A stretch of DNA of 64,000 bases from Clostridiales bacterium (GTDB lineage Bacteria > Bacillota > Clostridia > TANB77 > CAG-508): contig DQFO01000014.1 in assembly GCA_003525075.1 (NCBI GenBank), forward strand, positions 64,032-128,031. The letters run 5' to 3'. Within the stretch, counting starts at the first letter, position 1, and every line of letters starts with the position of its first letter. Made by a program: the position numbers and the translations under genes. This document shows, piece after piece, positions 1 through 10,157 of the stretch. Under the pieces are notes generated by a model. That model worked only from the letters and a program-made list of their open reading frames with translations. It was not told the DNA's origin and ran no database searches.

Positions 1-203
1 TTTATTTTTTCTTTATATTTATTAATTATGAAATAACCAAAATATAATATTTCTATTCCATATAACATAGCAAGTCTTATTAATGTACTTTTTTCTAGTA
101 TTACTTTTTTTGAAAATAATAGTTCTATTATTATTGGTATAATTAAGTATATAACTCCTTTTAATATATTTTTTCCTACTTTTTTCAATTGTTTTTTCTC
201 CAT
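1..203 (-). CDS. Partial CDS (N-terminal ~67 codons, continues beyond the left window edge); small hydrophobic membrane protein of the glycan locus
   Basis: My own minus-strand translation from ATG at 203 gives MEKKQLKKVGKNILKGVIYLIIPIIIELLFSKK...GIEILYFGYF, open to position 1. It starts 2 nt after the stop of the upstream GT gene. It is absent from the ORF track because no stop lies in the window. Confidence 0.4.
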   Translation of the reverse strand, partial: MEKKQLKKVGKNILKGVIYLIIPIIIELLFSKKVILEKSTLIRLAMLYGIEILYFGYFIINKYKEKI

Positions 204-205
204 TC

Positions 206-1891
206 TTAATAACTTATTTTATTATAATTTATCTTTGGCAAATCTGTATCTAATCTATAATTTTTATTATAATAAGGATCTCCTTTTGCAATTACTTTAG
301 ACCATCTTTTTACAAAAAGCTCATATTCTTTAGCAAATCTTTTTTGTTTTTCTGTATTTTCTGTGTCTTCTCCTCTTGATTTTGATTCATAATGATATGC
401 TTCAACAAATGGATTGTATACAATTAGATATTTTGCAGTTCTTATTTTCATGCAAAAATCGACATCATTAAATGCTACTGCCAATTTTTCATCAAAACCT
501 AACATATCTATATATAATTGTTTTCTTACCATAAAACATGCTGCTGTAACTGCACTTAAATCTTGAACTATATTTATATAATCATCTTTTTTGAAGTCTT
601 TTTCTTGTACTTCTCTACATCGATGTCCTGCAAGACCTCTAGTTCCTAATGTAACTCCTGCATGTTGAATACTTCTATCAGGGAAATATAATTTTGCCCC
701 ACATATTCCTACATCTGGTCTTTGTGCATACATAAGTAATTGTTCTATCCAGTCTTCTGTTATAAATTCTATATCATTATTTAACATTACTATGTATTCA
801 CCATTTGAACATTCAACACCATAATTTACAATTGCAGAATAGTTAAAGTAATTTATATCAAATTTGCAGACCTTTATTCTATTATCTTGTTTTGAAATCT
901 TTTCATAATATTCAAATGTTTCTTTATTTTTGCTATTATTTTCTACTATTATAACTTCATAATTTGAATATGTTGATTTTTCTAAAGATTTTAGCAATTT
1001 ACTTAAATCTTGTATATGATCCATATTTGGTACAACTAGTGATACTAATGGATTTCCTTTTATTTTATAATTAATTTTATATTGTCCTTCAAATCTTCCA
1101 TCTTTTATATTATCATATTCTAAGTTCATTCTTTTTAAATGTTTTGCTATTATTTGTTTTTCATCTTCAACATCTATTTTTCTGTTTTCAATTGTTTCAT
1201 GATATAGTATTTTTTGAATGTGTTCAATTTTTCTTGTTTTTTCACTAATTTGTAATAGTATGTCATAAATTATATTCTTATTTAAATTATTTAAAATATC
1301 TTGATGTATTTTTATAAAATCTGTTTTTACTGCAATAAATTGTCCAATATAATTTTGAGATAAAATTGTATCTCTTGCAAATCCTGGTTTAAAATGTGGT
1401 TCAGTTCTTTTTTCATCTATTAATTTGTCATTATCAGAATAAATTAATATACTATCTCTATATTCTATTGATTTTACTATTTCATATAATGCAAATTGGG
1501 CAAGTTCTATATTATTACCTAAAAAGATTAAATAATCACTTTTTGAGTTTAATATTCTTTCTTTCTCAAATTTATAAACATTATATTTTTTATATGTTTG
1601 ATTTTCTATACTTTTTATTAGTTTCTCATCATTTGGGCATATTATATCAAATTTCAAATTTTGACAAGATTCGTACTTTTTTTCATTTTCAAGTTCAGAA
1701 GTATTAGGCTCATTATTAGCAATCCATGTTGCATATTCGTCTAACACTACCTTTCCAAATCTTATTTTGTTAATTATTGTTGTTCCTAAACCTTTAAAAC
1801 CATTATTCTTTATATATCTAAGAACTGATTTCATATTTTGTAAATTAATTGCATTTAAAACTTTTTTTACTTTCCTTATTAGAGATTTCAT
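206..1891 (-). CDS. Glycosyltransferase family 2 (GT-A fold), two-domain
   Basis: 561-aa ORF. The C-terminal half has GT2-type motifs (VSLVVPN...SNYEVIIVENNS...MLNNDIEF...NDVDFC). It sits in a glycan biosynthesis gene cluster. Confidence 0.75.
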   Translation of the reverse strand: MKSLIRKVKKVLNAINLQNMKSVLRYIKNNGFKGLGTTIINKIRFGKVVLDEYATWIANNEPNTSELENEKKYESCQNLKFDIICPNDEKLIKSIENQTYKKYNVYKFEKERILNSKSDYLIFLGNNIELAQFALYEIVKSIEYRDSILIYSDNDKLIDEKRTEPHFKPGFARDTILSQNYIGQFIAVKTDFIKIHQDILNNLNKNIIYDILLQISEKTRKIEHIQKILYHETIENRKIDVEDEKQIIAKHLKRMNLEYDNIKDGRFEGQYKINYKIKGNPLVSLVVPNMDHIQDLSKLLKSLEKSTYSNYEVIIVENNSKNKETFEYYEKISKQDNRIKVCKFDINYFNYSAIVNYGVECSNGEYIVMLNNDIEFITEDWIEQLLMYAQRPDVGICGAKLYFPDRSIQHAGVTLGTRGLAGHRCREVQEKDFKKDDYINIVQDLSAVTAACFMVRKQLYIDMLGFDEKLAVAFNDVDFCMKIRTAKYLIVYNPFVEAYHYESKSRGEDTENTEKQKRFAKEYELFVKRWSKVIAKGDPYYNKNYRLDTDLPKINYNKISY

Positions 1892-1907
1892 TCACAATCC
1901 TCTTTCT

Positions 1908-4025
1908 TTATTGTTTTTTTATCCCCATTTTTATTAAAATATTTTTCAACACTCTTTTACATCTTCTTAAAAATCTATATGTTTTTCCATGATTGTCTAC
2001 ATATATTGGTTGTGCTTTTTGTAACTCTTCTGAGCATTTCATTGCTTCTTCTGTAGCTAAAAAAGCTGATTTTTTATAAAGTGGTTTTATCTCTGGTATA
2101 TCTTTATAATCTGTTTCTAACATGTCTTTTACTGCTTTTAAATATTCTTCAAATCCTTTTTCAAGTGGATAATTTTTCATATATTGTACACCAAATTTTG
2201 ACATCTTCTCAGCCACTTGTGGATTATCTAATATATATGCAATAGCACTAGCAATAGCCTCTGGTATTGGTTGTGCAAGCAATACTCCTTCATCTGGCAA
2301 GTCATATATGTTATTTTCTTTATATAATTCTACTACTGGTAACCCTGCTGACATCATTTCAAATGGTATTCTTGATGGATTTGATGCACTCATACATATT
2401 CCAACTTTACATTTATTATATAATTCATTACATTCTTTTATTGGTATTATATTTAAGTTTTTACATTCAAATTCAAATGTTGCTGGCATACTTGAACCAT
2501 ATAAATATATTTGTACATCTGGTTTCATTGCTTTTAATATTTTTAAAGCTTTTAATCCTATATAATCACATCTTCTTGGCTTTTCTGGTTGATATACAAA
2601 ACATATTGCATTTTCCTTTTTTACTTTTGGTAATGGTTTATATACATTTAAATCTGCACCAAAACTAAAATATTCTGCTGGCGTATTAAATTCTGCCTGC
2701 ATTTTATGCGCTAACCATTTTCCTATTGTTACTGGTAAAAATCCATATCTATATGAATTTTCTGTAATTAAATATTGATCTCCCATTGGGAAGAACCATG
2801 GTTCAAAATCTTGTATAAAATATGCTTTTTTCTTTGCTGGTAGTTTTCTTACAAATTCTACTGTTTGCCAACCTGTTGCAAACATCAAATCATATTCTTG
2901 TTTTAAATCAAATCCAACATATACTCCTGCATCACATTTTTCATACCAATCATTTATTTTTTGTCTTACTATTTCAGATGTTGAAACACCATCTTCTTCA
3001 AAATATAAATCACAATCATATCCTGCTCTTATTAAAGCATTTACATTTTGAATTATTGTTCTATGCCCACCAGATCCTTTTCCAGGATGTGGTATTACCC
3101 ATGCAATTTTCTTTTTTCCATTATCTTTTTTTGGTAATAATGGATACATAAAACTTCTTCTTAATTCTTGTTTGTCTTTGATTTCTTTTGTTAATTCATA
3201 TGTTTTAGATATCTCGTCTTGAATTCTACAAATCTCATTAAATTCGATTTCTGCTTTTACATCTGTACATACTGATGAACCATGTTTTCTATAATAGTTA
3301 AGTGGCTTATTACACCAACTAATCTTTCCATTTTTTAATATATTAAAATAAATATACCAGTCTCCTGCAACCTTAAATTCTCCTGCTTTTTCTAAAATTT
3401 CTGTGTAATCTTGTTTTTTCCACATTACACTAGAAACATTTAATATTGTGTTTGTTACACTTAAATGTTCTTTTATTTCTTTTTCTCCTGGCCATATATA
3501 TGATTTATTCCATTCTCCTGTTCTGCACATATCATATAAATCATCTGATTTTTCTCTTATTAAATTATTTTCTCCATCAATTCTAGCAGATTCACAATAT
3601 GATAATACAACTTCTGGATCATCAAATGGTTTTATTAAATTTTCAACAAAATCATTTTCAGCAGAATCATCTGCTTCTGCAATCCATATATAATCTCCTG
3701 TCGAAGCATTAAATCCCTTTTTCCATTGTTTAAATACACAACCACCACTATTTTTTTCATTAATGATAAATTGAACTTTTATTTCTGGATGTTCTTTTTT
3801 TATCTCATCTATTTTTTTATTTATTACTTTAACACTATTGTCTGGTGAACAATCATCTAATATAACAATTTCATATATTGGATATGTTTGCATTAATACA
3901 GAGTCTATTCTCTCTATTATATATTTTTCGTAATTATAATTTGGAATTATTACACTTACTTTTTTTGGATTTTCTATTTTTAATTTTTTCTTTTGATGTT
4001 TATAAATATCTATTTTTTTCTCCAT
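1908..4025 (-). CDS. Bifunctional glycosyltransferase: N-terminal GT2 domain plus C-terminal WsaF-like/GT-B domain
   Basis: The ORF track gives 1908..4037. ATG 4025 (MEKKIDIY) with GGAGG at 4031-4035 is the better start. GT2 motifs are VSVIIPNYNYEKYI, ILDDCSPDNS and IAEADD. The C-terminal KKIAWVIPHPGKGSGGHRTI resembles WsaF-type rhamnosyltransferases. Confidence 0.7.
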   Translation of the reverse strand: MEKKIDIYKHQKKKLKIENPKKVSVIIPNYNYEKYIIERIDSVLMQTYPIYEIVILDDCSPDNSVKVINKKIDEIKKEHPEIKVQFIINEKNSGGCVFKQWKKGFNASTGDYIWIAEADDSAENDFVENLIKPFDDPEVVLSYCESARIDGENNLIREKSDDLYDMCRTGEWNKSYIWPGEKEIKEHLSVTNTILNVSSVMWKKQDYTEILEKAGEFKVAGDWYIYFNILKNGKISWCNKPLNYYRKHGSSVCTDVKAEIEFNEICRIQDEISKTYELTKEIKDKQELRRSFMYPLLPKKDNGKKKIAWVIPHPGKGSGGHRTIIQNVNALIRAGYDCDLYFEEDGVSTSEIVRQKINDWYEKCDAGVYVGFDLKQEYDLMFATGWQTVEFVRKLPAKKKAYFIQDFEPWFFPMGDQYLITENSYRYGFLPVTIGKWLAHKMQAEFNTPAEYFSFGADLNVYKPLPKVKKENAICFVYQPEKPRRCDYIGLKALKILKAMKPDVQIYLYGSSMPATFEFECKNLNIIPIKECNELYNKCKVGICMSASNPSRIPFEMMSAGLPVVELYKENNIYDLPDEGVLLAQPIPEAIASAIAYILDNPQVAEKMSKFGVQYMKNYPLEKGFEEYLKAVKDMLETDYKDIPEIKPLYKKSAFLATEEAMKCSEELQKAQPIYVDNHGKTYRFLRRCKRVLKNILIKMGIKKQ

Positions 4026-5542
4026 AAAAACCTCCATTTTGGTATTTTTACATATTGCTCTCTTAATCTTTTATTTTCTTCTGTTAAATTAAAAATTTGT
4101 TCTTTCAAATTATCTGCTTCTGCTTTTTGTGCATTACTTCTAATATTCAAGTTTTCTATTTCTTGTTCTTGTGCCTTATTTCTTATATTTTGATTTATTA
4201 ATTCTTGTTTTGTCGCATCTATATCTATAATATTATTTTGCTTATATGATTTCCATGTTTCATCATCTCTTACCATTTCTTGCATTTTATCATCTAGTTT
4301 TTTAAATAGTTCTAAATATTTTGTTAAATTGTATTTTTCTAATAAATCTTCAATTTTTATAAATCTTCTTAATGATATTGTATATAAAATAGATCTATAT
4401 AAAATGTATTCAACTGGTAAATTAGGCTCGTCCCATTCTTGATCAAAGAAATAGAAATCATTATCTATATAAAAACAATTTTTAAATGTCATATCCCATA
4501 ATCCTTTAGGAGTAAAATGCAAATCATTTATTATAGTTTTATCTTGTATTTCTAGATTATATTTTCCAAATGCTGTTTTTTCATAATTTTCTTCATGATA
4601 TATATCAATACTAATTTTTTCTATAAATTTATCTAATATTTCATAAAATTCATCATTTCTCTGTTCTTCAAGTAGCTCTGTTAATCTATTATTTAATAAA
4701 TTTTTCTGTTCTATATATTTACTTCTTATTATTTGATTTTCTATATAATCAACAGTTTTTATACCATTTTCATTTAAATATCTTATATTACTTTTTATAT
4801 TTTCATAATGTTTATGTGCTTTTTCATTTACTTCTTGTTTTTCCACATATTCATCTGCAATTTTTGTAATTAATCTATATTTTTCTTTTCTTATATTATT
4901 AAAAGATATATATTTATATGTTTTATCACATTCACCTTTTGTTATTTCAATTAAAAATGAATTTGCAAAAAATGTAAACATATTTTTATCTGTTTTTAAT
5001 ATTTCTCTAAATACATCAATTTCATTAAATGTAATATCATTATTTTCTATATAATATGGATGATATTTATCTATACTATTATATTCTGGCAATTGTTCAT
5101 CTGTAAAAATTACATTAGGCTTTTTATAATCTGGTAATGGATAATAAAATCTCATATTATATCCTAATTTTCTTATTTCATTTTCTATACTTGATTTTGT
5201 ATATGTTTCTCTTTTATTTTGTTCATTATTATATCCTGTTAAACTAGCAAATTTCTTTTTATATATTTTATCTGGCGTTCCATTAAATGCTTCTAGCCCA
5301 AATTTATTATCAATTGTTATTAGTATTTTTCCTTTTTCTTCTAAAATTTTTTCTACCTTTTTTATAAGTTCTTTTAATTTGATATTTTGATTTTCAAAGA
5401 TTCCTACAAGTATAATTACATCAAATTTTTCATTACATAAATCAATTTCTTCTATATTTTTTATTTCTTTTATTTTTTGGTTTTCTTTAAAAGGATACCA
5501 ATTTAATATATTAGGACTTTGAACTTCACCCACTATTTCCAC
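4010..5542 (-). CDS. Methyltransferase-like protein with C-terminal coiled coil (possible glycan chain terminator/ruler)
   Basis: 510-aa ORF. FDVIILVGIFEN...KGKILITIDNKFG resembles motifs II-III of class I SAM methyltransferases, but motif I (GxGxG) is not evident. The last ~70 aa are heptad-like (NQNIRNKAQEQEIENLNIRSNAQKAEADNLKEQIFNLTEENKRLREQY). Its 3' end overlaps the downstream GT start. Confidence 0.45.
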   Translation of the reverse strand: MEIVGEVQSPNILNWYPFKENQKIKEIKNIEEIDLCNEKFDVIILVGIFENQNIKLKELIKKVEKILEEKGKILITIDNKFGLEAFNGTPDKIYKKKFASLTGYNNEQNKRETYTKSSIENEIRKLGYNMRFYYPLPDYKKPNVIFTDEQLPEYNSIDKYHPYYIENNDITFNEIDVFREILKTDKNMFTFFANSFLIEITKGECDKTYKYISFNNIRKEKYRLITKIADEYVEKQEVNEKAHKHYENIKSNIRYLNENGIKTVDYIENQIIRSKYIEQKNLLNNRLTELLEEQRNDEFYEILDKFIEKISIDIYHEENYEKTAFGKYNLEIQDKTIINDLHFTPKGLWDMTFKNCFYIDNDFYFFDQEWDEPNLPVEYILYRSILYTISLRRFIKIEDLLEKYNLTKYLELFKKLDDKMQEMVRDDETWKSYKQNNIIDIDATKQELINQNIRNKAQEQEIENLNIRSNAQKAEADNLKEQIFNLTEENKRLREQYVKIPKWRFLWRKK

Positions 5543-5546
5543 CTCT

Positions 5547-6437
5547 TTATATTGAAATTTTTATATTTCCATCTTTCTCTATAATATTTTTATTTACATT
5601 TAATTCTTCAATCCATTTTCTAGTTTCTTTAGTTTTCCAAGGTCCTGAATCTTCACCATTTCCTGAATCATTAATCCATAGCCAATCTGGTGTTGGCCAT
5701 AAACATATTTTAGGTTTTATGTATTCATATATTTCTTTACTAACTCCTTGTTGACCATGATGTGCCATTTGCAATATATTTACTTTTAATTTTTCCTTTT
5801 GATTATCTAATAATTTATTTCCACTTTCTACTCCAGTATCTCCTAAAAATAAAATTGAGTTTTTCTTTGTCTCCATTTTTATTACCATACTAGAATTGTT
5901 TATTGCATTTTTTGTTATTTCTGGATTTTTTATTCCTAAAATTTCACATTTTATATTATCAATTTGTATTTGTTCATTTAATGTTACTTCTTCAACTTTT
6001 GAAGATATTTTTTCAGATTTTATAGTGTCTAAAAATCTTATACACTCATCTGCTCTACCATCTCCATAATTATTATACCATTCTTCATCTTCTGTTGTTA
6101 CATATACTTTACCAATATCTATATTATAATTATTTACTATCTCAATAAATGCTGTTGCATGGTCTTGATGTGGATGTGTTATAAACCAATAATCTACTTT
6201 TCCTGTGTATTCGTTTATTTTCTGTAAAAGATTTTCTGTATCATCAGATGTCCCACCATCAATAACAATTATTTTATCATTATCTGTTTTTATGATATAT
6301 CCCATCATTTGACTATGTCCACTATTTTTTAATTGTTCTAGTGTAGTCGTCTTTAAATTTAATTTCCAAACTTCCAAAATTCCTACAAGTATTATTAATA
6401 TTATTACTGTTAAAAATATTTTCTTTTTATTTTTCAT
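5547..6437 (-). CDS. Membrane-anchored MBL-fold metallo-hydrolase
   Basis: HxHxDH motif (THPHQDHATAF) and a later MAHHGQQG. N-terminal hydrophobic helix KKIFLTVIILIILVGILEV. The start overlaps the ABC ATPase stop by 11 nt. Confidence 0.75.
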   Translation of the reverse strand: MKNKKKIFLTVIILIILVGILEVWKLNLKTTTLEQLKNSGHSQMMGYIIKTDNDKIIVIDGGTSDDTENLLQKINEYTGKVDYWFITHPHQDHATAFIEIVNNYNIDIGKVYVTTEDEEWYNNYGDGRADECIRFLDTIKSEKISSKVEEVTLNEQIQIDNIKCEILGIKNPEITKNAINNSSMVIKMETKKNSILFLGDTGVESGNKLLDNQKEKLKVNILQMAHHGQQGVSKEIYEYIKPKICLWPTPDWLWINDSGNGEDSGPWKTKETRKWIEELNVNKNIIEKDGNIKISI

Positions 6438-7749
6438 TATTTCCTCTTATTTTTTCAATTTTGATTTTTGAATCTAATCTCATCAATCCAACAGTATCTT
6501 TTGTAGATAAAACTTCAATCAATAATGCATCATATTTTCTGTTTAATACTTCTAATTCACCTTTACTATTAAAATGTGTACAACTAAATGATAATGTATA
6601 TTTTCCTGGTGCTACATTTATTACCTGTCTGAATTCTGCAACTACTACATCACCTTTTTTATAATTTCCTGTTGCAATTTTTTCTATTAATGTATTTGTT
6701 CCTGCCATCTCAAGACCTTTAAAATCTTTTACAGTCATTGTAAATATAGGATCTTTTACATCTTTATGAAAAACTATTTTAGATTTTAATACTACTTCTT
6801 TATCATTTTCTAATACTGATATATAATTTTCATTTTCATCAAACATTCCATAATCTACTACTTCTGCACTTCCATCTCCATATGTAATTAAATTTGGATT
6901 TTCATTAAAGTGTGATTTCCATGTTTCTCCATTTTTCTCTTTTAATGCTTGATAATTAGGATTTTTTTCTAATATTTGCTTATCTGTAAGTATTCCTTCT
7001 TTACTTGTTTTATCATCTAGTCCAACTATAATTTTCTTATATTTTTCTACTCCTTCTTTTACATCTCCATCAAATATTTTTCTGCCTGCATCAATTATAA
7101 TCGTTCTTGTACAGTTTCTTAAAATATCAGTTATACTATGTGTTACAAATAAAATTGTTTTTCCACTTTCTTTAAATTGTTCAAATTTTTTGAAACATTT
7201 TAATTGGAATGACATATCTCCAACAGATAATACTTCATCTACAATTAATATATCTGGATTAACATTTATTGCACATGCAAATGCTAGTCTTGCAAACATT
7301 CCTGATGAATATGTTTTTACTGGTTGATATAAGTGATCCCCTATATCTGCAAAGTCTATTATTTCCTGTTCTCTAGCTTTTATTTCTTCATTTGTTAATC
7401 CCATAACTTGTCCATGTTGATATATATTCTCATATCCAGTTAATTCTTGATTAAATGCTGTTCCTAACTCTAAAAGTGAACTTATTTTTCCTTTAGCTTC
7501 TATTGTTCCTTTTGTTGGTGTTACAACACCTGTTATCATTTTTAATAATGTTGATTTTCCTGCACCATTTTTTCCTAAGACACCAAGTACTTCACCTTTT
7601 TTTACTTCTAAATTAAAATCATGCATTGCTTCAAATACTCCATGTCTTTCAACTCCTGGAAATAATGTTTCTATTATCCTATCTTTTTTCCTTGCAAACA
7701 TTTTGTAATCTTTTGAAAGCCCTTCTATTTTTAAAACTGTTTCACTCAT
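6427..7749 (-). CDS. Polysaccharide/teichoic-acid export ABC transporter ATP-binding protein with C-terminal substrate-binding-type extension (Wzt/TagH-like)
   Basis: Walker A GKNGAGKST, signature YSSGM and Walker B ILIVDE. A ~190-aa beta-rich C-terminal domain follows the NBD. A paired ABC-2 permease lies at 8777-9571. Confidence 0.85.
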   Translation of the reverse strand: MSETVLKIEGLSKDYKMFARKKDRIIETLFPGVERHGVFEAMHDFNLEVKKGEVLGVLGKNGAGKSTLLKMITGVVTPTKGTIEAKGKISSLLELGTAFNQELTGYENIYQHGQVMGLTNEEIKAREQEIIDFADIGDHLYQPVKTYSSGMFARLAFACAINVNPDILIVDEVLSVGDMSFQLKCFKKFEQFKESGKTILFVTHSITDILRNCTRTIIIDAGRKIFDGDVKEGVEKYKKIIVGLDDKTSKEGILTDKQILEKNPNYQALKEKNGETWKSHFNENPNLITYGDGSAEVVDYGMFDENENYISVLENDKEVVLKSKIVFHKDVKDPIFTMTVKDFKGLEMAGTNTLIEKIATGNYKKGDVVVAEFRQVINVAPGKYTLSFSCTHFNSKGELEVLNRKYDALLIEVLSTKDTVGLMRLDSKIKIEKIRGNNEK

Positions 7750-7769
7750 ATTGTATAACTCCTTTTCGC

Positions 7770-8756
7770 CTATCTTTTTAATTTTTTAAATCCTCTTCTA
7801 ATTTTAAACAATCCTCTTCCTATTGCAGGCATATTCATTATTATAAAGTTTTCTATATAATAAATTAATGTTTCTGTTTTATATAATTCATGAAATATTC
7901 CCCATCCTTTAAAATTAAAGTTTTTCTTTTTTTGAATATCTTGAAAATATTTATATGCTTTTTCATTTTGTTTTTGAAGTTTTTCTGGAAATATTTCTTT
8001 ATGTTTTACATATGTACCAAATACACCTAATTTTACATTTATGAATAATTCTCTTACTTGTTCTAATTCTTGAAAATTATGTGATATCTTATTTGTTCCA
8101 ACTTGATTATTTCCATGTTGCCTATATTTTATATACTTTTCTGGCATATATGCCAATTTTCCATTTAATGCAATAACAATTCCAATCCAATGGTCATGTA
8201 TTAAATATTTAGAATCTGTTGGAAATGGTAATATTTTTTCTATAAATTCTTTTGTAGATAATATTGTACAACCTGTAACTACATTATATAAATAATTTAC
8301 TTTATAACTTCCAATGTATTTATTTATTTTTCTATTCAATAACATGAAATCTCCAAAAGAAGGATATATTGTTTCTAATTTTTCATTTACTACTTCTAAG
8401 TCTCCAAAAACTAAATCTGCTCCTGTTTCTTTTTGTTTTTGAATAGTTTTTTCTATTTTTTCTGGAAGCCATACATCATCTTGATCTGATAACATATAAA
8501 ATTTGCTTTCTACTTGTCTTAGTAAAAATTCAAAATTTTTATTTGAACCTAAGTTCCTGTCGTGTAAAAATATTTTTATTCTATCATCTTTTTTCTCATA
8601 TTCTTGCAATATTTCTTGTGTTCTATCTTTTGAACAATCATCTGAAATTAAAATTCTTATATTTTTATATGTTTGTTTTATTATACTATCTAATTGTTCT
8701 CTTAAATATTTTTCTCCATTATATGTTGCTACAAGAACATCTACTTTTTCTTTCAT
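7770..8756 (-). CDS. Glycosyltransferase family 2 (rhamnosyltransferase-like)
   Basis: VDVLVATYNGEKYLREQLDSIIKQTY...ISDDCSKDRT and SDQDDVW motifs. Paralog of 10158-11138. Confidence 0.8.
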   Translation of the reverse strand: MKEKVDVLVATYNGEKYLREQLDSIIKQTYKNIRILISDDCSKDRTQEILQEYEKKDDRIKIFLHDRNLGSNKNFEFLLRQVESKFYMLSDQDDVWLPEKIEKTIQKQKETGADLVFGDLEVVNEKLETIYPSFGDFMLLNRKINKYIGSYKVNYLYNVVTGCTILSTKEFIEKILPFPTDSKYLIHDHWIGIVIALNGKLAYMPEKYIKYRQHGNNQVGTNKISHNFQELEQVRELFINVKLGVFGTYVKHKEIFPEKLQKQNEKAYKYFQDIQKKKNFNFKGWGIFHELYKTETLIYYIENFIIMNMPAIGRGLFKIRRGFKKLKR

Positions 8757-8776
8757 TTTTGCTTCCCTTCTATTGT

Positions 8777-9571
8777 TTATAATACATCTGCAAAATCTTT
8801 TTTACTCTTTTTAAATATATAATTTCCCCATGCAAAAATTAATATTGTTATTACCCAAAATGCAATTGTAAACATTCCATGGTTTGCTGTTACTATATTT
8901 GTATTTCCCATAAAACAATCTCTAAATCCTGTTACTAAATATGTAAATGGTAAGAATTTCATAATCATTGAAATTTTATGATGTTCTGCAATCATTGATA
9001 AGTCCCAAACAACTGGTGTAAGCCACATACATATTTGCATTACAATTCCTAATAAATTTGAAAAGTCTGGAACTAATGTTGCAACAGCTGATGTAAATCT
9101 TGTTATTGCTATTAAGAATATATATACTGAAATTATCATATATATCATTTGAAATACATTTGGTACAAATTTGAATATTACACATACTGCTGTTGCTATA
9201 ACAATTAAAAATAATGATACAAATGCATTAGCTATTAATGATATTAATGGTATTATATCTACTGGAAATACTACTTTTTTTACTAAATAACTATATCCTC
9301 TTATTGAATTACTTGCTCCTATAATTCCATCATTTATTGTCATCCACATTGCCATTCCAGGCATAAACCATACTACATATGGTGCTCCTCCAGGTCCTGT
9401 TTGCTTAAATATATATTGAAATACTATTACATACATCATCATAAATACAAATGGTTGTAAAAATCCCCATATACTTCCTAAGCTTGTATTAGCAAATCTA
9501 TTTTTAAAGTCATTTTTTCCTAATTGCCATGCTAATCTTTTGTTTTTCAAAAATACTTTTAAAAATTCCAT
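8777..9571 (-). CDS. ABC-2 type polysaccharide/teichoic-acid export permease (Wzm/TagG-like)
   Basis: 264 aa with ~6 hydrophobic segments. The N-terminus WQLGKNDFKNRFANTSLGSIWGFLQP is typical of the ABC-2 family. It lies next to the Wzt/TagH-like ATPase. Confidence 0.8.
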   Translation of the reverse strand: MEFLKVFLKNKRLAWQLGKNDFKNRFANTSLGSIWGFLQPFVFMMMYVIVFQYIFKQTGPGGAPYVVWFMPGMAMWMTINDGIIGASNSIRGYSYLVKKVVFPVDIIPLISLIANAFVSLFLIVIATAVCVIFKFVPNVFQMIYMIISVYIFLIAITRFTSAVATLVPDFSNLLGIVMQICMWLTPVVWDLSMIAEHHKISMIMKFLPFTYLVTGFRDCFMGNTNIVTANHGMFTIAFWVITILIFAWGNYIFKKSKKDFADVL

Positions 9572-9667
9572 TTCTTCCTTTTCCTTTCGCCATTCATCCC
9601 TCTGTTTTTTATCTTCTACATTCTATCTTTAAATTGCTTATTTGTCAATAAATGGGCTTCAAAAAAA

Positions 9668-9706
9668 AGAATTACATAGAAAATAATTCTCTATGTAATT
9701 CTTTTA
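9668..9706. terminator. Intrinsic terminator hairpin (A-run/T-run flanked, bidirectional shape)
   Basis: 13-bp perfect stem agaattacataga (9668-9680) / tctatgtaattct (9690-9702) with a 9-nt loop. An A8 run precedes it and TTTT follows. Confidence 0.6.
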
Positions 9707-10111
9707 TTAATTCATACTATTATCAACTGAAAAAGACCCATTTGATAATTCTATATATCCAGCTCCAGAACCAATTCCTTGTGATTCCATATTTATATTT
9801 TTTAATACTTCATTCATTGTAATTATTTTATCTGTTGTTTTGGCAGTTTCATATGCTGGATTCTTATATGATAACTTTTCCTTTATTTTTTAATGAATAT
9901 AGATAGTCTGTAGTCCATCTTCTGTTTCTTGCAAATAATTACTAGAATTATAGTCATCTAATAAAAAATTCAAATACTCTTTTGCTTTTCCTTCTTCATT
10001 TGCTTCTTTTGATCTTGCTACAATTCCATTCTTTCAAGTCAATGCATTTATTGTAGTTCCAGCAAAAACCAACATAATAACTATTGTTACTGCAAGAGTT
10101 ATTAGTGTCAT
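9707..10111 (-). pseudogene. Decayed pilin/pseudopilin-like gene (type IV pilin-like N-terminal helix) with in-frame stops
   Basis: My own translation gives MTLITLAVTIVIMLVFAGTTINALT*KNGIVARSKEANEEGKAKEY...TIYIH*KIKEK...GYIELSNGSFSVDNSMN*. The in-frame TGA at 10034-10036 sits where related proteins have the G of the LTGENGI motif. A TAA lies at 9890-9892. There is no prepilin leader and no ORF in the track. Confidence 0.55.
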
Positions 10112-10157
10112 CCCATCTTTTGTTATTATCCCATTTTCTCCTATTCTAATACCACTT

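Noticed and set aside
1396-4193. Many 60-150-aa plus-strand ORFs in the track that lie antisense to long minus-strand genes. Examples are 1396-1707, 2267-2668, 2822-3151 and 3448-3693; others occur throughout, such as 15391-15843, 16408-16860, 37974-38414 and 55480-55923.
   Set aside because: Their translations are low-complexity L/F/I/S-rich strings with no RBS or motifs. They sit opposite well-supported conserved genes. They are shadow ORFs expected in AT-rich DNA.
10034-10036. TGA recoding (genetic code 4), considered because of the extreme AT richness and the in-frame TGA in the pilin-like gene.
   Set aside because: TGA ends ORFs at plausible termini, for example the gerB-like gene at 44424-44426 and the yqzL-like ORF. 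Long conserved genes translate full length in the standard-code ORF track, and the same pseudogene also has an in-frame TAA.
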